From the NCBI GenBank assembly GCA_964016885.1, contig OZ024744.1, forward strand, positions 4,836,001 through 4,900,000: a stretch of DNA of 64,000 nucleotides, given 5' to 3'. Of this stretch, positions 23,727 through 38,700 are shown piece after piece. This stretch comes from Eledone cirrhosa (Eukaryota). The stretch's first letter is position 1. Each line of letters starts with the position of its first letter. The notes under the pieces were generated by a model. It was not told the origin of the DNA and did no database searches. It saw only the letters and a program-made list of their open reading frames with translations. The translations under genes and the position numbers were made by a program.

Positions 23727-26700
23727 GGTCTATCTTGGTAGACAGTGGTGTTGGTAGCAGAGGTCTATCTTGGTAGACAGTGATGTTGGTAGAAGAGGTC
23801 TATGTTGGTAGAAAGTGAGGTTGGTAGCAGAGGTCTATCTTGGTAGACAGCGGTGTTGGTAGCAGAGGTTTATATTGGTAGACAGTGGTGTTGGTAGCAG
23901 AGGTTTATCTTGGTAGACATTGAGGTTGGTAGCAGAGGTCTATCTTGGTAGACAGTGGTGTTGGTAGCAGAGGTCTATGTTGGTAGACAGTGGTGTTGGT
24001 AGCAGAGGTCTATCTTGGTAGACAGTGGTGTTGGTAGCAGATGTCTATATTGGTAGACAGTGGTGTTGGTAGCAGAGGTCTATCTTGGTAGACAGTGAGG
24101 TTGGTAGCAGAGGTCTATCTTCGTAGACAGTGAGGTTGGTAGCAGAGGTCTATCTTGGTAGACAGTGGTGTTGGTAGCAGAGGTCTATGTTGGTAGACAG
24201 TGAGGTTGGTAGCAGAGGTCTATCTTGGTAGACAGTGAAGTTGGTAGCAGAGGTCTATCTTGGTAGACAGTGAGGGTGGTAGCAGAGGTCTATCTTGGTA
24301 GACAGTGGTGTTCGTAGCAGAGGTCTATCTTGGTAGACAGTGGTGTTGGTAGCAGAGGTCTATCTTGGTAGACAGTGAGGTTGGTAGCAGAGGTCTATCT
24401 TGGTAGACAGTGGTGTTGGTAGCAGAGGTCTATCTTGGTAGACAGTGGGGTGGGTAGCAGAGGTCTATCTTGGTAGACAGTGGTGTTGGTAGCAGAGGTC
24501 TATCTTGGTAGACAGTGGTGTTGGTAGCAGAGGTCTATGTTGGTAGACAGTGGTGTTGGTAGCAGAGGTTAATCTTGGTAGACAGTGGTGTTGGTAGCAG
24601 AGGTCTATCTTGGTAGACAGTGGTGTTGGTAGCATAGATCCATCTTGGTAGACAGTAGTGTTGGTAGCAGAGGTCTATGTTGGTAGACAGTGGTGTTTGT
24701 AGCAGAGGTCTATGTTGGTAGACAGTGGTGTTGGAAGCAGAGGTCTATCTTAGTAGACAGTGGTGTGGTACATAGGTCTATGTTGGTAGACAGTGAGGTT
24801 GGTAGCAGAGGTCTATATTGGTAGACAGTGAGGTTGGTAGCAGAGGTCTATCTTGGTAGACAGTGAGGTTGGTAGCAGAGCTCTATCTTGGTAGAAAGTG
24901 GTGTTGGTAGCAGAGGTCTATGTTGGTAGACAGTGGTGTTGGTAGCAGAGGTTTATCTTGGTAGACAGTGGTGTTGGTAGCAGAGGTCTATGTTGGTAGA
25001 CAGTGGTGTTGGTAGCAGAGGTATATCTTGGTAGGCAGTGGTGTTGGTAGCAGAGCTCTATCTTGGTAGACAGTGGTGTTGGTAGCAGAGGTCTTTCTTG
25101 GTAGACAGTGGTGTTGCTAGCAGAGGTCTATGTTGGTAGAAAGTGAGGTTGGTAGCTGAGATCTATGTTGGTAGACAGTGGTGTTGGTAGCAGAAGTCTA
25201 TCTTGGTAGACAGTGAGGTTGGTAGCAGAGGTCTATCTTGGTAGACAGTGGTGTTGGTAGCAGAGGTCTATCTTGGTAGACAGTGGTGTTGGTAGCAGAG
25301 GTCTATCTTGGTAGACATTGGTGTTGGTAGCAGAGTTCTATCTTGGTAGACAGTGGTGTTGGTAGCAGAGGTCTATGTTGGTAGACAGTGGTGTTGGTAA
25401 TAGAGGTCTATCTTGGTAGACAGTGGTGTTGGTAGCAGATGTCTATCTTGGTAGACAGTGGTGTTGGTAGCAGAGGTCTATCTTGGTAGACAGTGGTGTT
25501 GGTAGCAGAGGTCGATCTTGGTAGACAGTGGTGTTGGTAGCAGAGGTCTATCTTGGTAGACAGTGGTGTTGGTAGCAGATGTCTATCTTGGTAGACAGTG
25601 GTGTTGGTAGCAGAGATCTATCTTGGTAGACAGTGGTGTTGGTAGCAGAGGTCGATCTTGGTAGACAGTGGTGTTGGTAGCAGAGGTCGATCTTGGTAGA
25701 CAGTGGTGTTGGTAGCAGAGGTCTATCTTGGTAGACAGTGGTGTTGGTAGCAGAGGTCTATGTTGGTAGACAGTGGTGTTGGTAGCAGAGGTATATCTTG
25801 GTAGGCAGTGGTGTTGGTAGCAGAGCTCTATCTTGGTAGACAGTGGTGTTGGTAGCAGAGGTCTATCTTGGTAGACAGTGGTGTTGGTAGCAGAGGTCTT
25901 TCTTGGTAGACAGTGGTGTTGGTAGCAGAGGTCTATGTTAGTAGAAAGTGAGGTTGGTAGCAGAGGTCTATCTTGGTAGAAAGTGGTGTTGGTAGGAGAG
26001 GTCTATCTTGGTAGACAGTGGTGTTGGTAACAGAGGTCTATCTTGGTAGACAGTGGTGTTGGTAGCAGAGGTCTATATTGGTAGACAGTGGTGTTGGTAG
26101 CAGATGTCTATCTTGGTAGACAGTGGTGTTGGTAGCAGAGGTCTATCTTGGTAGACAGTGGTGGTGGTAGCAGAGGTCTATCTTGTTAGACAGTGTTGTT
26201 GGTAGCAGAGGTCTATCTTAGTAGACAGTGGTGTTGGTAGCAGAGGTCTATCCTGGTAGACAGTGGTGTTGGTAGCAGAGGTCTATCTTGGTAGACAGTA
26301 GTGTTGGTAGCAGAGGTCTATCTTGGTAGACAGTGGTGTTGGTAGCTGAGGTCTAACTTGGTAGACAGTGGTGTTGGTAGCAGAGGTCTATCTTAGTAGA
26401 CAGTGGTGTTGGTAGCAGAGGTCTACCTTGGTAGACAGTGGTGTCGGTAGCAGAGCTCTATCCTGGTAGACAGTGGTGTTGGTAGCAGAGGTCTATCTTG
26501 GTAGACAGTGAGGTTGGTAGCAGAGGTCTATGTTGGTAGACAGTGGTGTCGGTAGCAGAGCTCTATCTTGGTAGACAGTGGTGTTGGTAGCAGAAGTCTA
26601 TCTTGGTAGACAGTGAGGTTGGGAGCAGAGGTCTATGTTGGTAGACAGTGGTGTTGGTAGCAGAGGTCTATCTTGGTAGACAGTGGTGTTGGTAGGAGAG

Positions 26701-29700
26701 GTTTATCTTGGTAGACAGTGGTGTTGGTAGCAGAGGTCTATGTTGGTAGACAGTGGTGTTGGTAGCAGAGGTATATCTTGGTAGGCAGTGGTGTTGGTAG
26801 CAGAGCTCTATCTTGGTAGACAGTGGTGTTGGTAGCAGAGGTCTATCTTGGTAGACAGTGGTGTTGGTAGCAGAGGTCTATGTTAGTAGAAAGTGAGGTT
26901 GGTAGCAGAGGTCTATCTTGGTAGACAGTGAGGGTGGTAGCAGAGGTCTATCTTGGTAAACAGAGGTGTTGGTAGCAGAGGTCTATCTTGGTAGACAGTG
27001 AGGTTGGTATCAGAGGTCTATCTTGGTAGACAGTGAGGTTGGTAGCAGAGGTCTATGTTGGTAGACAGTGGTGTTGGTAGCATAGGTCTATCTTGGTAGA
27101 CAGTGGTGTTGGTAGCAGAGGTCTATGTTGGTAGACAGTGGTGTTGGTAGTAGAGGTCTATCTTGGTAGACAGTGGTGTTGGTAGCAGATGTCTATCTTG
27201 GTAGACAGTGGTGTTGGTAGCAGAGGTCTATCTTGGTAGACAGTGGTGTTGGTAGCAAATATCTATCTTGGTAGACAGTGGTGTTGGTAGCAGAGGTCTA
27301 TGTTTGTAGACAGTGGTGTTGGTAGCAGAGGTCTATCTTGGTAGACAGTGGTGTTGGTAGCAGAGGTCTATCTTGGTAGACAGTGGTGTTGGTAGCAGAG
27401 GTCTATCTTGGTAGACAGTGGTGTTGGTAGCAGAGGTCTATCTTGGTAGACAGTGGTGTTGGTAGCAGAGGTCTATGTTGGTAGACAGTGAGGTTGGTAG
27501 CAGAGGTCTATGTTGGTAGACAGTGGTGTTGGTAGCAGAGGTCTATCTTGGTAGACAGTGGTGTTGGTAGAAGATGTCTATGTTGGTAGACAGTGAGGTT
27601 GGTAGCAGAGGTCTATCTTGGTAGACAGTGAAGTTGGTAGCAGAGGTCTATCTTGGTAGACAGTGAGGGTGGTAGCAGAGGTCTATCTTGGTAGACAGTG
27701 GTGTTCGTAGCAGAGGTCTATCTTGGTAGACAGTGGTGTTGGTAGCAGAGGTCTAACTTGGTAGACAGTGAGGTTGGTAGCAGAGGTCTATCTTGGTAGA
27801 CAGTGGTGTTGGTAGCAGAGGTCTATCTTGGTAGACAGTGGGGTGGGTAGCAGAGGTCTATGTTGGTAGACAGTGGTGTTGGTAGCAGAGGTCTATGTTG
27901 GTAGACAGTGGTGTTGGTAGCAGAGGTCTATGTTGGTAGACAGTGGTGTTGGTAGCAGAGGTTAATCTTGGTAGACAGTGGTGTTGGTAGCAGAGATCTA
28001 TCTTGGTAGACAGTAGTGTTGGTAGCAGAGGTCTATGTTGGTAGACAGTGGTGTTTGTAGCAGAGGTCTATGTTGGTAGACAGTGGTGTTGGAAGCAGAG
28101 GTCTATCTTAGTAGACAGTGGTGTTGGTACAGAGGTCTATGTTGGTAGACAGTGAGGTTGGTAGCAGAGGTCTATATTGGTAGACAGTGAGGTTGGTAGC
28201 AGAGGTATATCTTGGTAGACAGTGAGGTTGGTAGCAGAGCTCTATCTTGGTAGACAGTGGTGTTGGTAGCAGAGGTCTATCTTGGTAGACAGTGGTGTTG
28301 GTAGCAGAGGTCTATCTTGGTAGACAGTGGTGTTGGTAGCAGAGGTCTATGTTGGTAGACAGTGGTGTTGGTAGCAGAGGTATATCTTGGTAGGCAGTGG
28401 TGTTGGTAGCAGAGCTCTATCTTGGTAGACAGTGGTGTTGGTAGCAGAGGTCTTTCTTGGTAGACAGTGGTGTTGCTAGCAGAGGTCTATGTTGGTAGAA
28501 AGTGAGGTTGGTAGCTGAGATCTATGTTGGTAGACAGTGGTGTTGGTAGCAGAAGTCTATCTTGGTAGACAGTGAGGTTGGTAGCAGAGGTCTATCTTGG
28601 TAGACAGTGGTGTTGGTAGCAGAGGTCTATCTTGGTAGACAGTGGTGTTGGTAGCAGAGGTCTATCTTGGTAGACAGTGGTGTTGGTAGCAGAAGTCTAT
28701 CTTGGTAGACAGTGGTGTTGGTAGCAGAGGTCTATCTTGGTAGACAGTGGTGTTGCTAGCAGAGGTCTATCTTGGTAGACAGTGGTGTTGCTAGCAAAGG
28801 TCTATGTTGGTAGACAGTGAGGTTGGTAGCAGAGGTCTATCTTGGTAGACAGTGAGGGTGGTTGCAGAGGTCTATCTTGGTAGACAGTGGTGTTGGTAGC
28901 AGAGGTCTAGCTTGGTAGACAGTGAGGTTGGTATCAGAGGTCTATCTTGGTAGACAGTGAGGTTGGTAGCAGAGGTCTATGTTGGTAGACAGTGGTGTTG
29001 GTAGCATAGGTCTATCTTGGTAGACAGTGGTGTTGGTAGCAGAGGTCTATGTTGGTAGACAGTGGTGTTGGTAGTAGAGGTCTATCTTGGTAGACAGTGG
29101 TGTTGGTAGCAGATGTCTATCTTGGTAGACAGTGGTGTTGGTAGCAGAGGTCTATCTTGGTAGACAGTGGTGTTGGTAGCAGATATCTATCTTGGTAGAC
29201 AGTGGTGTTGGTAGCAGAGGTCTATGTTGGTAGACAGTGGTGTTGGTAGCAGAGGTCTATCTTGGTAGTCAGTGGTGTTGGTAGCAGAGGTCTATCTTGG
29301 TAGACAGTGGTGTTGGTAACAGAGGTCTATGTTGGTAGACAGTGAGGTTGGTAGCAGAGGTCTATCTTGGTAGACAGTGGTGTTGGTAGCAGAGGTCTAT
29401 GTTGGTAGACAGTGGTGTTGGTAGCAGAGGTATATCTTGGTAGATAGTGAGGTTGGTAGTAGAGGTCTATGTTGGTAGACATTGGTGTTGGTAGCAGAGT
29501 TCTATCTTGGTAGACAGTGGTGTTGGTAGCAGAGGTCTATGTTGGTAGACAGTGGTGTTGGTAATAGAGGTCTATCTTGGTAGACAGTGGTGTTGGTAGC
29601 AGAGGTCTATGTTGGTAGACAGTGGTGTTGGTACCAGAGGTCTATCTTGGTAGACAGTGGTGTTGGTAGGAGAGGTCTATCTTGGTAGACAGTGGTGTTG

Positions 29701-32700
29701 GTAGCAGAGGTCTATCTTGGTAGAAAGTGGTGTTGGTAGGAGAGGTCTATCTTGGTAGACAGTGGTGTTGGTAGCAGAGGTCTATCTTGGTAGACAGTGG
29801 TGTTGGTAGCAGAGGTCTATATTGGTAGACAGTGGTGTTGGTAGCAGATGTCTATCTTGGTAGACAGTGGTGTTGGTAGCAGAGGTCTATCTTGGTAGAC
29901 AGTGGTGGTGGTAGCAGAGGTATATCTTGTTAGACAGTGTTGTTGGTAGCAGAGGTCTATCTTAGTAGACAGTGGTGTTGGTAGCAGAGGTCTATCCTGG
30001 TAGACAGTGGTGTTGGTAGCAGAGGTCTATCTTGGTAGACAGTAGTGTTGGTAGCAGAGGTCTATCTTGGTAGACAGTGGTGTTGGTAGCTGAGGTCTAA
30101 CTTGGTAGACAGTGGTGTTGGTAGCAGAGGTCTATCTTAGTAGACAGTGGTTTGGTAGCAGAGGTCTACCTTGGTAGACAGTGGTGTCGGTAGCAGAGCT
30201 CTATCCTGGTAGACAGTGGTGTTGGTAGCAGAGGTCTATCTTGGTAGACAGTGAGGTTGGTAGCAGAGGTCTATGTTGGTAGACAGTGGTGTCGGTAGCA
30301 GAGCTCTATCTTGGTAGACAGTGGTGTTGGTAGCAGAAGTCTATCATGGTAGACAGTGAGGTTGGGAGCAGAGGTCTATGTTGGTAGACAGTGGTGTTGG
30401 TAGCAGAGGTCTATCTTGGTAGACAGTGGTGTTGGTAGCAGAGGTTTATCTTGGTAGACAGTGGTGTTGGTAGCAGAGGTCTATGTTGGTAGACAGTGGT
30501 GTTGGTAGCAGAGGTATATCTTGGTAGGCAGTGGTGTTGGTAGCAGAGCTCTATCTTGGTAGACAGTGGTGTTGGTAGCAGAGGTCTATCTTGGTAGACA
30601 GTGGTGTTGGTAGCAGAGGTCTTTCTTGGTAGACAGTGGTGTTGGTAGCAGAGGTCTATGTTGGTAGAAAGTGAGGTTGGTAGCAGAGGTCTATCTTGGT
30701 AGACAATGAGGTTGGTAGCAGAGGTCTATGTTGGTAGACAGTGGTGTTGGTAGCATAGGTCTATCTTGGTAGACAGTGGTGTTGGTAGCAGAGGTCTATG
30801 TTGGTAGACAGTGGTGTTGGTAGTAGAGGTCTATCTTGGTAGACAGTGGTGTTGGTAGCAGATGTCTATCTTGGTAGACAGTGGTGTTGGTAGCAGAGGT
30901 CTATCTTGGTAGACAGTGGTGTTGGTAGCAGATATCTATCTTGGTAGACAGTGGTGTTCGTAGCAGAGGTCTATGTTGGTAGACAGTGGTGTTGGTAGCA
31001 GAGGTCTATCTTGGTAGTCAGTGGTGTTGGTAGCAGAGGTCTATCTTGGTAGACAGTGGTGTTGGTAGCAGAGGTCTATGTTGGTAGACAGTGGTGTTGG
31101 TAGCAGAGGTATATCTTGGTAGGCAGTGGTGTTGGTAGCAGAGCTCTATCTTGGTAGACAGTGGTGTTGGTAGCAGAGGTCTATCTTGGTAGACAGTGGT
31201 GTTGGTAGCAGAGGTCTTTCTTGGTAGACAGTGGTGTTGGTAGCAGAGGTCTATGTTGGTAGAAAGTGAGGTTGGTAGCAGAGGTCTATCTTGGTAGACA
31301 ATGAGGTTGGTAGCAGAGGTCTATGTTGGTAGACAGTGGTGTTGGTAGCATAGGTCTATCTTGGTAGACAGTGGTGTTGGTAGCAGAGGTCTATGTTGGT
31401 AGACAGTGGTGTTGGTAGTAGAGGTCTATCTTGGTAGACATTGGTGTTGGTAGCAGATGTCTATCTTGGTAGACAGTGGTGTTGGTAGCAGAGGTCTATC
31501 TTGGTAGACAGTGGTGTTGGTAGCAAATATCTATCTTGGTAGACAGTGTTGTTGGTAGCAGAGGTCTATGTTGGTAGACAGTGGTGTTGGTAGCAGAGGT
31601 CTATCTTGGTAGACAGTGAGGGTGGTTGCAGAGGTCTATCTTGGTAGACAGTGGTGTTGGTAGCAGAGGTCTATCTTGGTAGACAGTGAGGTTGGTATCA
31701 GAGGTCTATCTTGGTAGACAGTGAGGTTGGTAGCAGAGGTCTATGTTGGTAGACAGTGGTGTTGGTAGCATAGGTCTATCTTGGTAGACAGTGGTGTTGG
31801 TAGCAGAGGTCTATGTTGGTAGACAGTGGTGTTGGTAGTAGAGGTCTATCTTGGTAGACAGTGGTGTTGGTAGGAGATGTCTATCTTGGTAGACAGTGGT
31901 GTTGGTAGCAGAGGTCTATCTTGGTAGACAGTGGTGTTGGTAGCAGATATCTATCTTGGTAGACAGTGGTGTTCGTAGCAGAGGTCTATGTTGGTAGACA
32001 GTGGTGTTGGTAGCAGAGGTCTATCTTGGTAGTCAGTGGTGTTGGTAGCAGAGGTCTATCTTGGTAGACAGTGGTGTTGGTAGCAGAGGTCTATCTTGGT
32101 AGACAGTGGTGTCGGTAGCAGAGCTCTATCTTGGTAGACAGTGGTGTTGGTAGCAGAAGTCTATCTTGGTAGACAGTGAGGTTGGGAGCAGAGGTCTATG
32201 TTGGTAGACAGTGGTGTTGGTAGCAGAGGTCTATGTTGGTAGACAGTGGTGTTGGTAGCAGAGGTTAATCTTGGTAGACAGTGGTGTTGGTAGCAGAGGT
32301 CTATCTTGGTAGACAGTGGTGTTGGTAGCAGAGATCTATCTTGGTAGACAGTAGTGTTGGTAGCAGAGGTCTATGTTGGTAGACAGTGGTGTTTGTAGCA
32401 GAGGTCTATGTTGGTAGACAGTGGTGTTGGAAGCAGAGGTCTATCTTAGTAGACAGTGGTGTTGGTACAGAGGTCTATGTTGGTAGACAGTGAGGTTGGT
32501 AGCAGAGGTCTATATTGGTAGACAGTGAGGTTGGTAGCAGAGGTCTATCTTGGTAGACAGTGAGGTTGGTAGCAGAGCTCTATCTTGGTAGACAGTGTTG
32601 TTGGTAGCAGAGGTCTATCTTGGTAGACAGTGGTGTTGGTAGCAGAGGTTTATCTTGGTAGACAGTGGTGTTGGTAGCAGAGGTCTATGTTGGTAGACAG

Positions 32701-35700
32701 TGGTGTTGGTAGCAGAGGTATATCTTGGTAGGCAGTGGTGTTGGTAGCAGATCTCTATCTTGGTAGACAGTGGTGTTGGTAGCAGAAGTCTATCTTGGTA
32801 GACAGTGGTGTTGGTAGCAGAGGTCTATCTTGGTAGACAGTGGTGTTGCTAGCAGAGGTCTATCTTGGTAGACAGTGGTGTTGGTAGCAAAGGTCTATGT
32901 TGGTAGACAGTGAGGTTGGTAGCAGCGGTCTATCTTGGTAGACAGTGGTGTTGGTAGCAGAGGTCTATGTTGGTAGACAGTGGTGTTGGTAGCAGAGGTA
33001 TATCTTGGTAGGCAGTGGTGTTGGTAGCAGAGCTCTATCTTGGTAGACAGTGGTGTTGGTAGCAGAGGTCTATCTTGGTAGACAGTGGTGTTGGTAGCAG
33101 AAGTCTATCTTGGTAGACAGTGGTGTTGGTTGCAGAGGTCTATCTTGGTAGACAGTGGTGTTGGTAGCAGAGGTCTATCTTGGTAGACAGTGAGGTTGGT
33201 ATCAGAGGTCTATCTTGGTAGACAGTGAGGTTGGTAGCAGAGGTCTATGTTGGTAGACAGTGGTGTTGGTAGCATAGGTCTATCTTGGTAGACAGTGGTG
33301 TTGGTAGCAGAGGTCTATGTTGGTAGACAGTGGTGTTGGTAGTAGAGGTCTATCTTGGTAGACAGTGGTGTTGGTAGCAGATGTCTATCTTGGTAGACAG
33401 TGGTGTTGGTAGCAGAGGTCTATCTTGGTAGACAGTGGTGTTGGTAGCAGATATCTATCTTGGTAGACAGTGGTGTTGGTAGCAGAGGTCTATGTTGGTA
33501 GACAGTGGTGTTGGTAGCAGAGGTCTATCTTGGTAGTCAGTGGTGTTGGTAGCAGAGGTCTATCTTGGTAGACAGTGGTGTTGGTAGCAGAGGTCTATGT
33601 TGGTAGACAGTGAGGTTGGTAGCAGAGGTCTATCTTGGTAGACAGTGGTGTTGGTAGCAGAGATCTATGTTGGTAGACAGTGGTGTTGGTAGCAGAGGTC
33701 TATCTTAGTAGACAGTGGTGTTGGTAGCAGAGGTCTATCTTGGTAGACAGTGAAGTTGGTAGCAGAGGTCTATCTTGGTAGACAGTGAGGTTGGTAGCAG
33801 AGGTCTATCTTGGTAGACAGTGGTGTTGGTAGCAGAGGTCTATCTTGGTAGACAGTGAGGTTGGTAACAGATATCTATCTTGGTAGACATTGGTGTTCGT
33901 AGCAGAGGTCTATGTTGGTAGACAGTGGTGTTGGTAGCAAAGGTCTATCTTGGTAGTCAGTGGTGTTGGTAGCAGAGGTCTATCTTGGTAGACAGTGGTG
34001 TTGGTAGCAGAGGTCTATCTTGGTAGACAGTGGTGTTGGTAGCAGAGGTCTATGTTGGTAGACAGTGAGGTTGCTAGCAGAGGTCTATCTTGGTAGACAG
34101 TGGTGTTGGTAGCAGAGGTCTATCTTGGTAGACAGTGGTGTTGGTAGAAGAGGTCTATGTTGGTAGACAGTGAGGTTGGTAGCAGAGGTCTATCTTGGCA
34201 GACAGTGAGGTTGGTAGCAGAGGTCTATCTTGGTAGACAGTGGTGTTGGTAGCAGAGGTCTATCTTGGTAGACAGTGAGGTTGGTAGCAGATGTCTATCT
34301 TGGTAGACAGTGGTGTTGGTAGCAGAGATCTATCTTGGTAGACAGTGAGGTTGGTAGCAGAGGTCTATCTTGGTAGACAGTGGTGTTGGTAGCAGAGGTC
34401 TATCTTGGTAGACAGTGGTGTTGGTAGCAGAGGTCTATGTTGGTAGACAGTGGTGTTGATAGCAGAGGTTAATCTTGGTAGACAGTGGTGTTGGTAGCAG
34501 AGGTCTATCTTGGTAGACAGTGGTGTTGGTAGCAGAGGTCTATCTTGGTAGACAGTGGTGTTGGTAGCAGAGGTCTATGTTGGTAGACAGTGGTGTTTGT
34601 AGCAGAGGACTATGTTGGTAGACAGTGGTGTTGGTAGCAGAGGTCTATCTTGGTAGACATTGAGGTTGGTAGCAGAGGTCTATCTTGGTAGACAGTGGTG
34701 TTGGTAGCAGAGATCTATGTTGGTAGACAGTGGTGTTGGTAGCAGAGGTCTATCTTAGTAGACAGTGGTGTTGGTAGCAGAGGTCTATCTTGGTAGACAG
34801 TGGTGTTGGTAACAGAGGTCTATCTTGGTAGACAGTGGTGTTGGTAGCAGAGGTCTATCTTGGTAGACAGTGGTGTTGGTAGCAGAGGTCTATGTTGGTA
34901 GACAGTGAGGTTGGTAGCAGAGTTCTATGCTGGTAGACAGCGGTGTTGGTAGCAGAGGTCTATCTTGGTAGACAGTGGTGTTGGTAGAAGAGGTCTATGT
35001 TGGTAGACAGTGAGGTTGGTAGCAGAGGTCTATCTTGGTAGACAGTGAGGTTGGCAGCAGAGGTCTATCTTGGTAGACAGTGGTGTTGGTAGCAGAGGTC
35101 TATCTTGGTAGACAGTGGTGTTGGTAGCCGAGGTCTATCTTGGTAGACAATCAGGGTGGTAGCAGAGGTCTATGTTGGTAGACAGTGGTGTTGGTAGCAG
35201 AGGTCTATGTTGGTAGACAGTGGTGTTGGTAGCAGAGGCCTATCTTGGTAGACAGTGGTTTTGGTAGCAGAGGTCTATATTGGTAGACAGTGGTGTTGGT
35301 AGTAGAGGTCTATCTTGGTAGACAGTGGTGTTGGTAGCAGATGTCTATCTTGGTAGACAGTGGTGTTGGTAGCAGAGGTCTATCTTGGTAGACAGTGGTG
35401 TTGGTAGCAGAGGTCTATCTTGGTAGACAGTGTTGTTGGTAGCAGAGGTCTATCTTGGTAGACAGTGTTGTTGGTAGCAGAGGTCTATCTTGGTAGACAG
35501 TGGTGTTGGTAGCAGACATCTATCTTGGTAGACAGTGGTGTTGGTAGCAGATGTCAAACTTGGTAGACAGTGGTGTTGGTAGCAGAGGTCTATCTTGGTA
35601 GACAGTGGTGTTGGTAGCAGAGGTCTATCTTGGTAGACAGTGGTGTTGGTAGCAGAGGTCTATCTTGGTAGACAGTGGTGTTGGTAGCAGAGGTCTATCT

Positions 35701-38700
35701 TGGTAGACAGTGGTGTTGGAAGCAGAGGTCTATCTTGGTAGACAGTGGTGTTGGTAGCAGAGGTATATCTTGGTAGACAGTGGTGTTGGTAGCAGAGGTC
35801 TATGTTGGTAGACAGTGAGGTTGGTAGCAGAGGTCTATCTTGGTAGACAGTGGTGTTGGTAGCAGAGATCTATGTTGGTAGACAGTGGTGTTGGTAGCAG
35901 AGGTCTATCTTAGTAGACAGTGGTGTTGGTAGCAGAGGTCTATCTTGGTAGACAGTGAAGTTGGTAGCAGAGGTCTATCTTGGTAGACAGTGAGGTTGGT
36001 AGCAGAGGTCTATCTTGGTAGACAGTGGTGTTGGTAGCAGAGGTCTATCTTGGTAGACAGTGAGGTTGGTAACAGATATCTATCTTGGTAGACATTGGTG
36101 TTCGTAGCAGAGGTCTATGTTGGTAGACAGTGGTGTTGGTAGCAAAGGTCTATCTTGGTAGTCAGTGGTGTTGGTAGCAGAGGTCTATCTTGGTAGACAG
36201 TGGTGTTGGTAGCAGAGGTCTATCTTGGTAGACAGTGGTGTTGGTAGCAGAGGTCTATGTTGGTAGACAGTGAGGTTGCTAGCAGAGGTCTATCTTGGTA
36301 GACAGTGGTGTTGGTAGCAGAGGTCTATCTTGGTAGACAGTGGTGTTGGTAGAAGAGGTCTATGTTGGTAGACAGTGAGGTTGGTAGCAGAGGTCTATCT
36401 TGGCAGACAGTGAGGTTGGTAGCAGAGGTCTATCTTGGTAGACAGTGGTGTTGGTAGCAGAGGTCTATCTTGGTAGACAGTGAGGTTGGTAGCAGATGTC
36501 TATCTTGGTAGACAGTGGTGTTGGTAGCAGAGATCTATCTTGGTAGACAGTGAGGTTGGTAGCAGAGCTCTATCTTGGTAGACAGTGGTGTTGGTAGCAG
36601 AGGTCTATCTTGGTAGACAGTGGTGTTGGTAGCAGAGGTCTATGTTGGTAGACAGTGGTGTTGATAGCAGAGGTTAATCTTGGTAGACAGTGGTGTTGGT
36701 AGCAGAGGTCTATCTTGGTAGACAGTGGTGTTGGTAGCAGAGGTCTATCTTGGTAGACAGTGGTGTTGGTAGCAGAGGTCTATGTTGGTAGACAGTGGTG
36801 TTTGTAGCAGAGGACTATGTTGGTAGACAGTGGTGTTGGTAGCAGAGGTCTATCTTGGTAGACATTGAGGTTGGTAGCAGAGGTCTATCTTGGTAGACAG
36901 TGGTGTTGGTAGCAGAGATCTATGTTGGTAGACAGTGGTGTTGGTAGCAGAGGTCTATCTTAGTAGACAGTGGTGTTGGTAGCAGAGGTCTATCTTGGTA
37001 GACAGTGGTGTTGGTAGCAGAGGTCTATCTTGGTAGACAGTGGTGTTGGTAGCAGAGGTCTATCTTGGTAGACAGTGGTGTTGGTAGCAGAGGTCTATGT
37101 TGGTAGACAGTGAGGTTGGTAGCAGAGTTCTATGCTGGTAGACAGCGGTGTTGGTAGCAGAGGTCTATCTTGGTAGACAGTGGTGTTGGTAGAAGAGGTC
37201 TATGTTGGTAGACAGTGAGGTTGGTAGCAGAGGTCTATCTTGGTAGACAGTGAGGTTGGCAGCAGAGGTCTATCTTGGTAGACAGTGGTGTTGGTAGCAG
37301 AGGTCTATCTTGGTAGACAGTGGTGTTGGTAGCCGAGGTCTATCTTGGTAGACAATCAGGGTGGTAGCAGAGGTCTATGTTGGTAGACAGTGGTGTTGGT
37401 AGCAGAGGTCTATGTTGGTAGACAGTGGTGTTGGTAGCAGAGGCCTATCTTGGTAGACAGTGGTTTTGGTAGCAGAGGTCTATATTGGTAGACAGTGGTG
37501 TTGGTAGTAGAGGTCTATCTTGGTAGACAGTGGTGTTGGTAGCAGATGTCTATCTTGGTAGACAGTGGTGTTGGTAGCAGAGGTCTATCTTGGTAGACAG
37601 TGGTGTTGGTAGCAAAGGTATATCTTGGTAGACAGTGGTGTTGGTAGCAGAGGTCTATCTTGGTAGACAGTGTTGTTGGTAGCAGAGGTCTATCTTGGTA
37701 GACAGTGGTGTTGGTAGCAGACATCTATCTTGGTAGACAGTGGTGTTGGTAGCAGATGTCTATCTTGGTAGACAGTGGTGTTGGTAGCAGAGGTCTATCT
37801 TGGTAGACAGTGGTGTTGGTAGCAGAGGTCTATCTTGGTAGACAGTGGTGTTGGTAGCAGAGGTCTATCTTGGTAGACAGTGGTGTTGGTAGCAGAGGTC
37901 TATCTTGGTAGACAGTGGTGTTGGAAGCAGAGGTCTATCTTGGTAGACAGTGGTGTTGGTAGCAGAGGTCTATCTTGGTTGACAGTGGTATTGGTAGCAG
38001 AGGTCTATCTTCGTAGACAGTGGTGTTGGTAACACAGGTCTATCTTGGTAGACAGTGGTGTTGGTAGCAGAGGTATATCTTGGTAGACAGTGGTGTTGGT
38101 AGCAGAATCTATCTTGGTAGACAGTGGTGTTGGTCGCAGAGGTCTATCTTGGTAGACAGTGAGGTTGGTAGCAGAGGTCTATCTTGGTAGACAGTGGTGT
38201 TGGTAGCAGAGGTCTATCTTGGTAGACAGTGATGTTGGTAGAAGAGGTCTATGTTGGTAGAAAGTGAGGTTGGTAGCAGAGGTCTATCTTGGTAGACAGT
38301 GGTGTTGGTAGCAGAGGTTTATATTGGTAGACAGTGGTGTTGGTAGCAGAGGTCTATCTTGGTAGACATTGAGGTTGGTAGCAGAGGTCTATGTTGGTAG
38401 ACAGTGGTGTTGGTAGCAGAGGTCTATGTTGGTAGACAGTGGTGTTGGTAGCAGAGGTCTATCTTGGTAGACAGTGGTGTTGGTAGCAGAGGTCTATCTT
38501 GGTAGACAGTGGTGTTGGTAGCAGAGATCTATCTTGGTAGACAGTAGTGTTGGTAGCAGAGGTCTATGTTGGTAGACAGTGGTGTTTGTAGCAGAGGTCT
38601 ATGTTGGTAGACAGTGGTGTTGGAAGCAGAGGTCTATCTTAGTAGACAGTGGTGTTGGTACAGAGGTCTATGTTGGTAGACAGTGAGGTTGGTAGCAGAG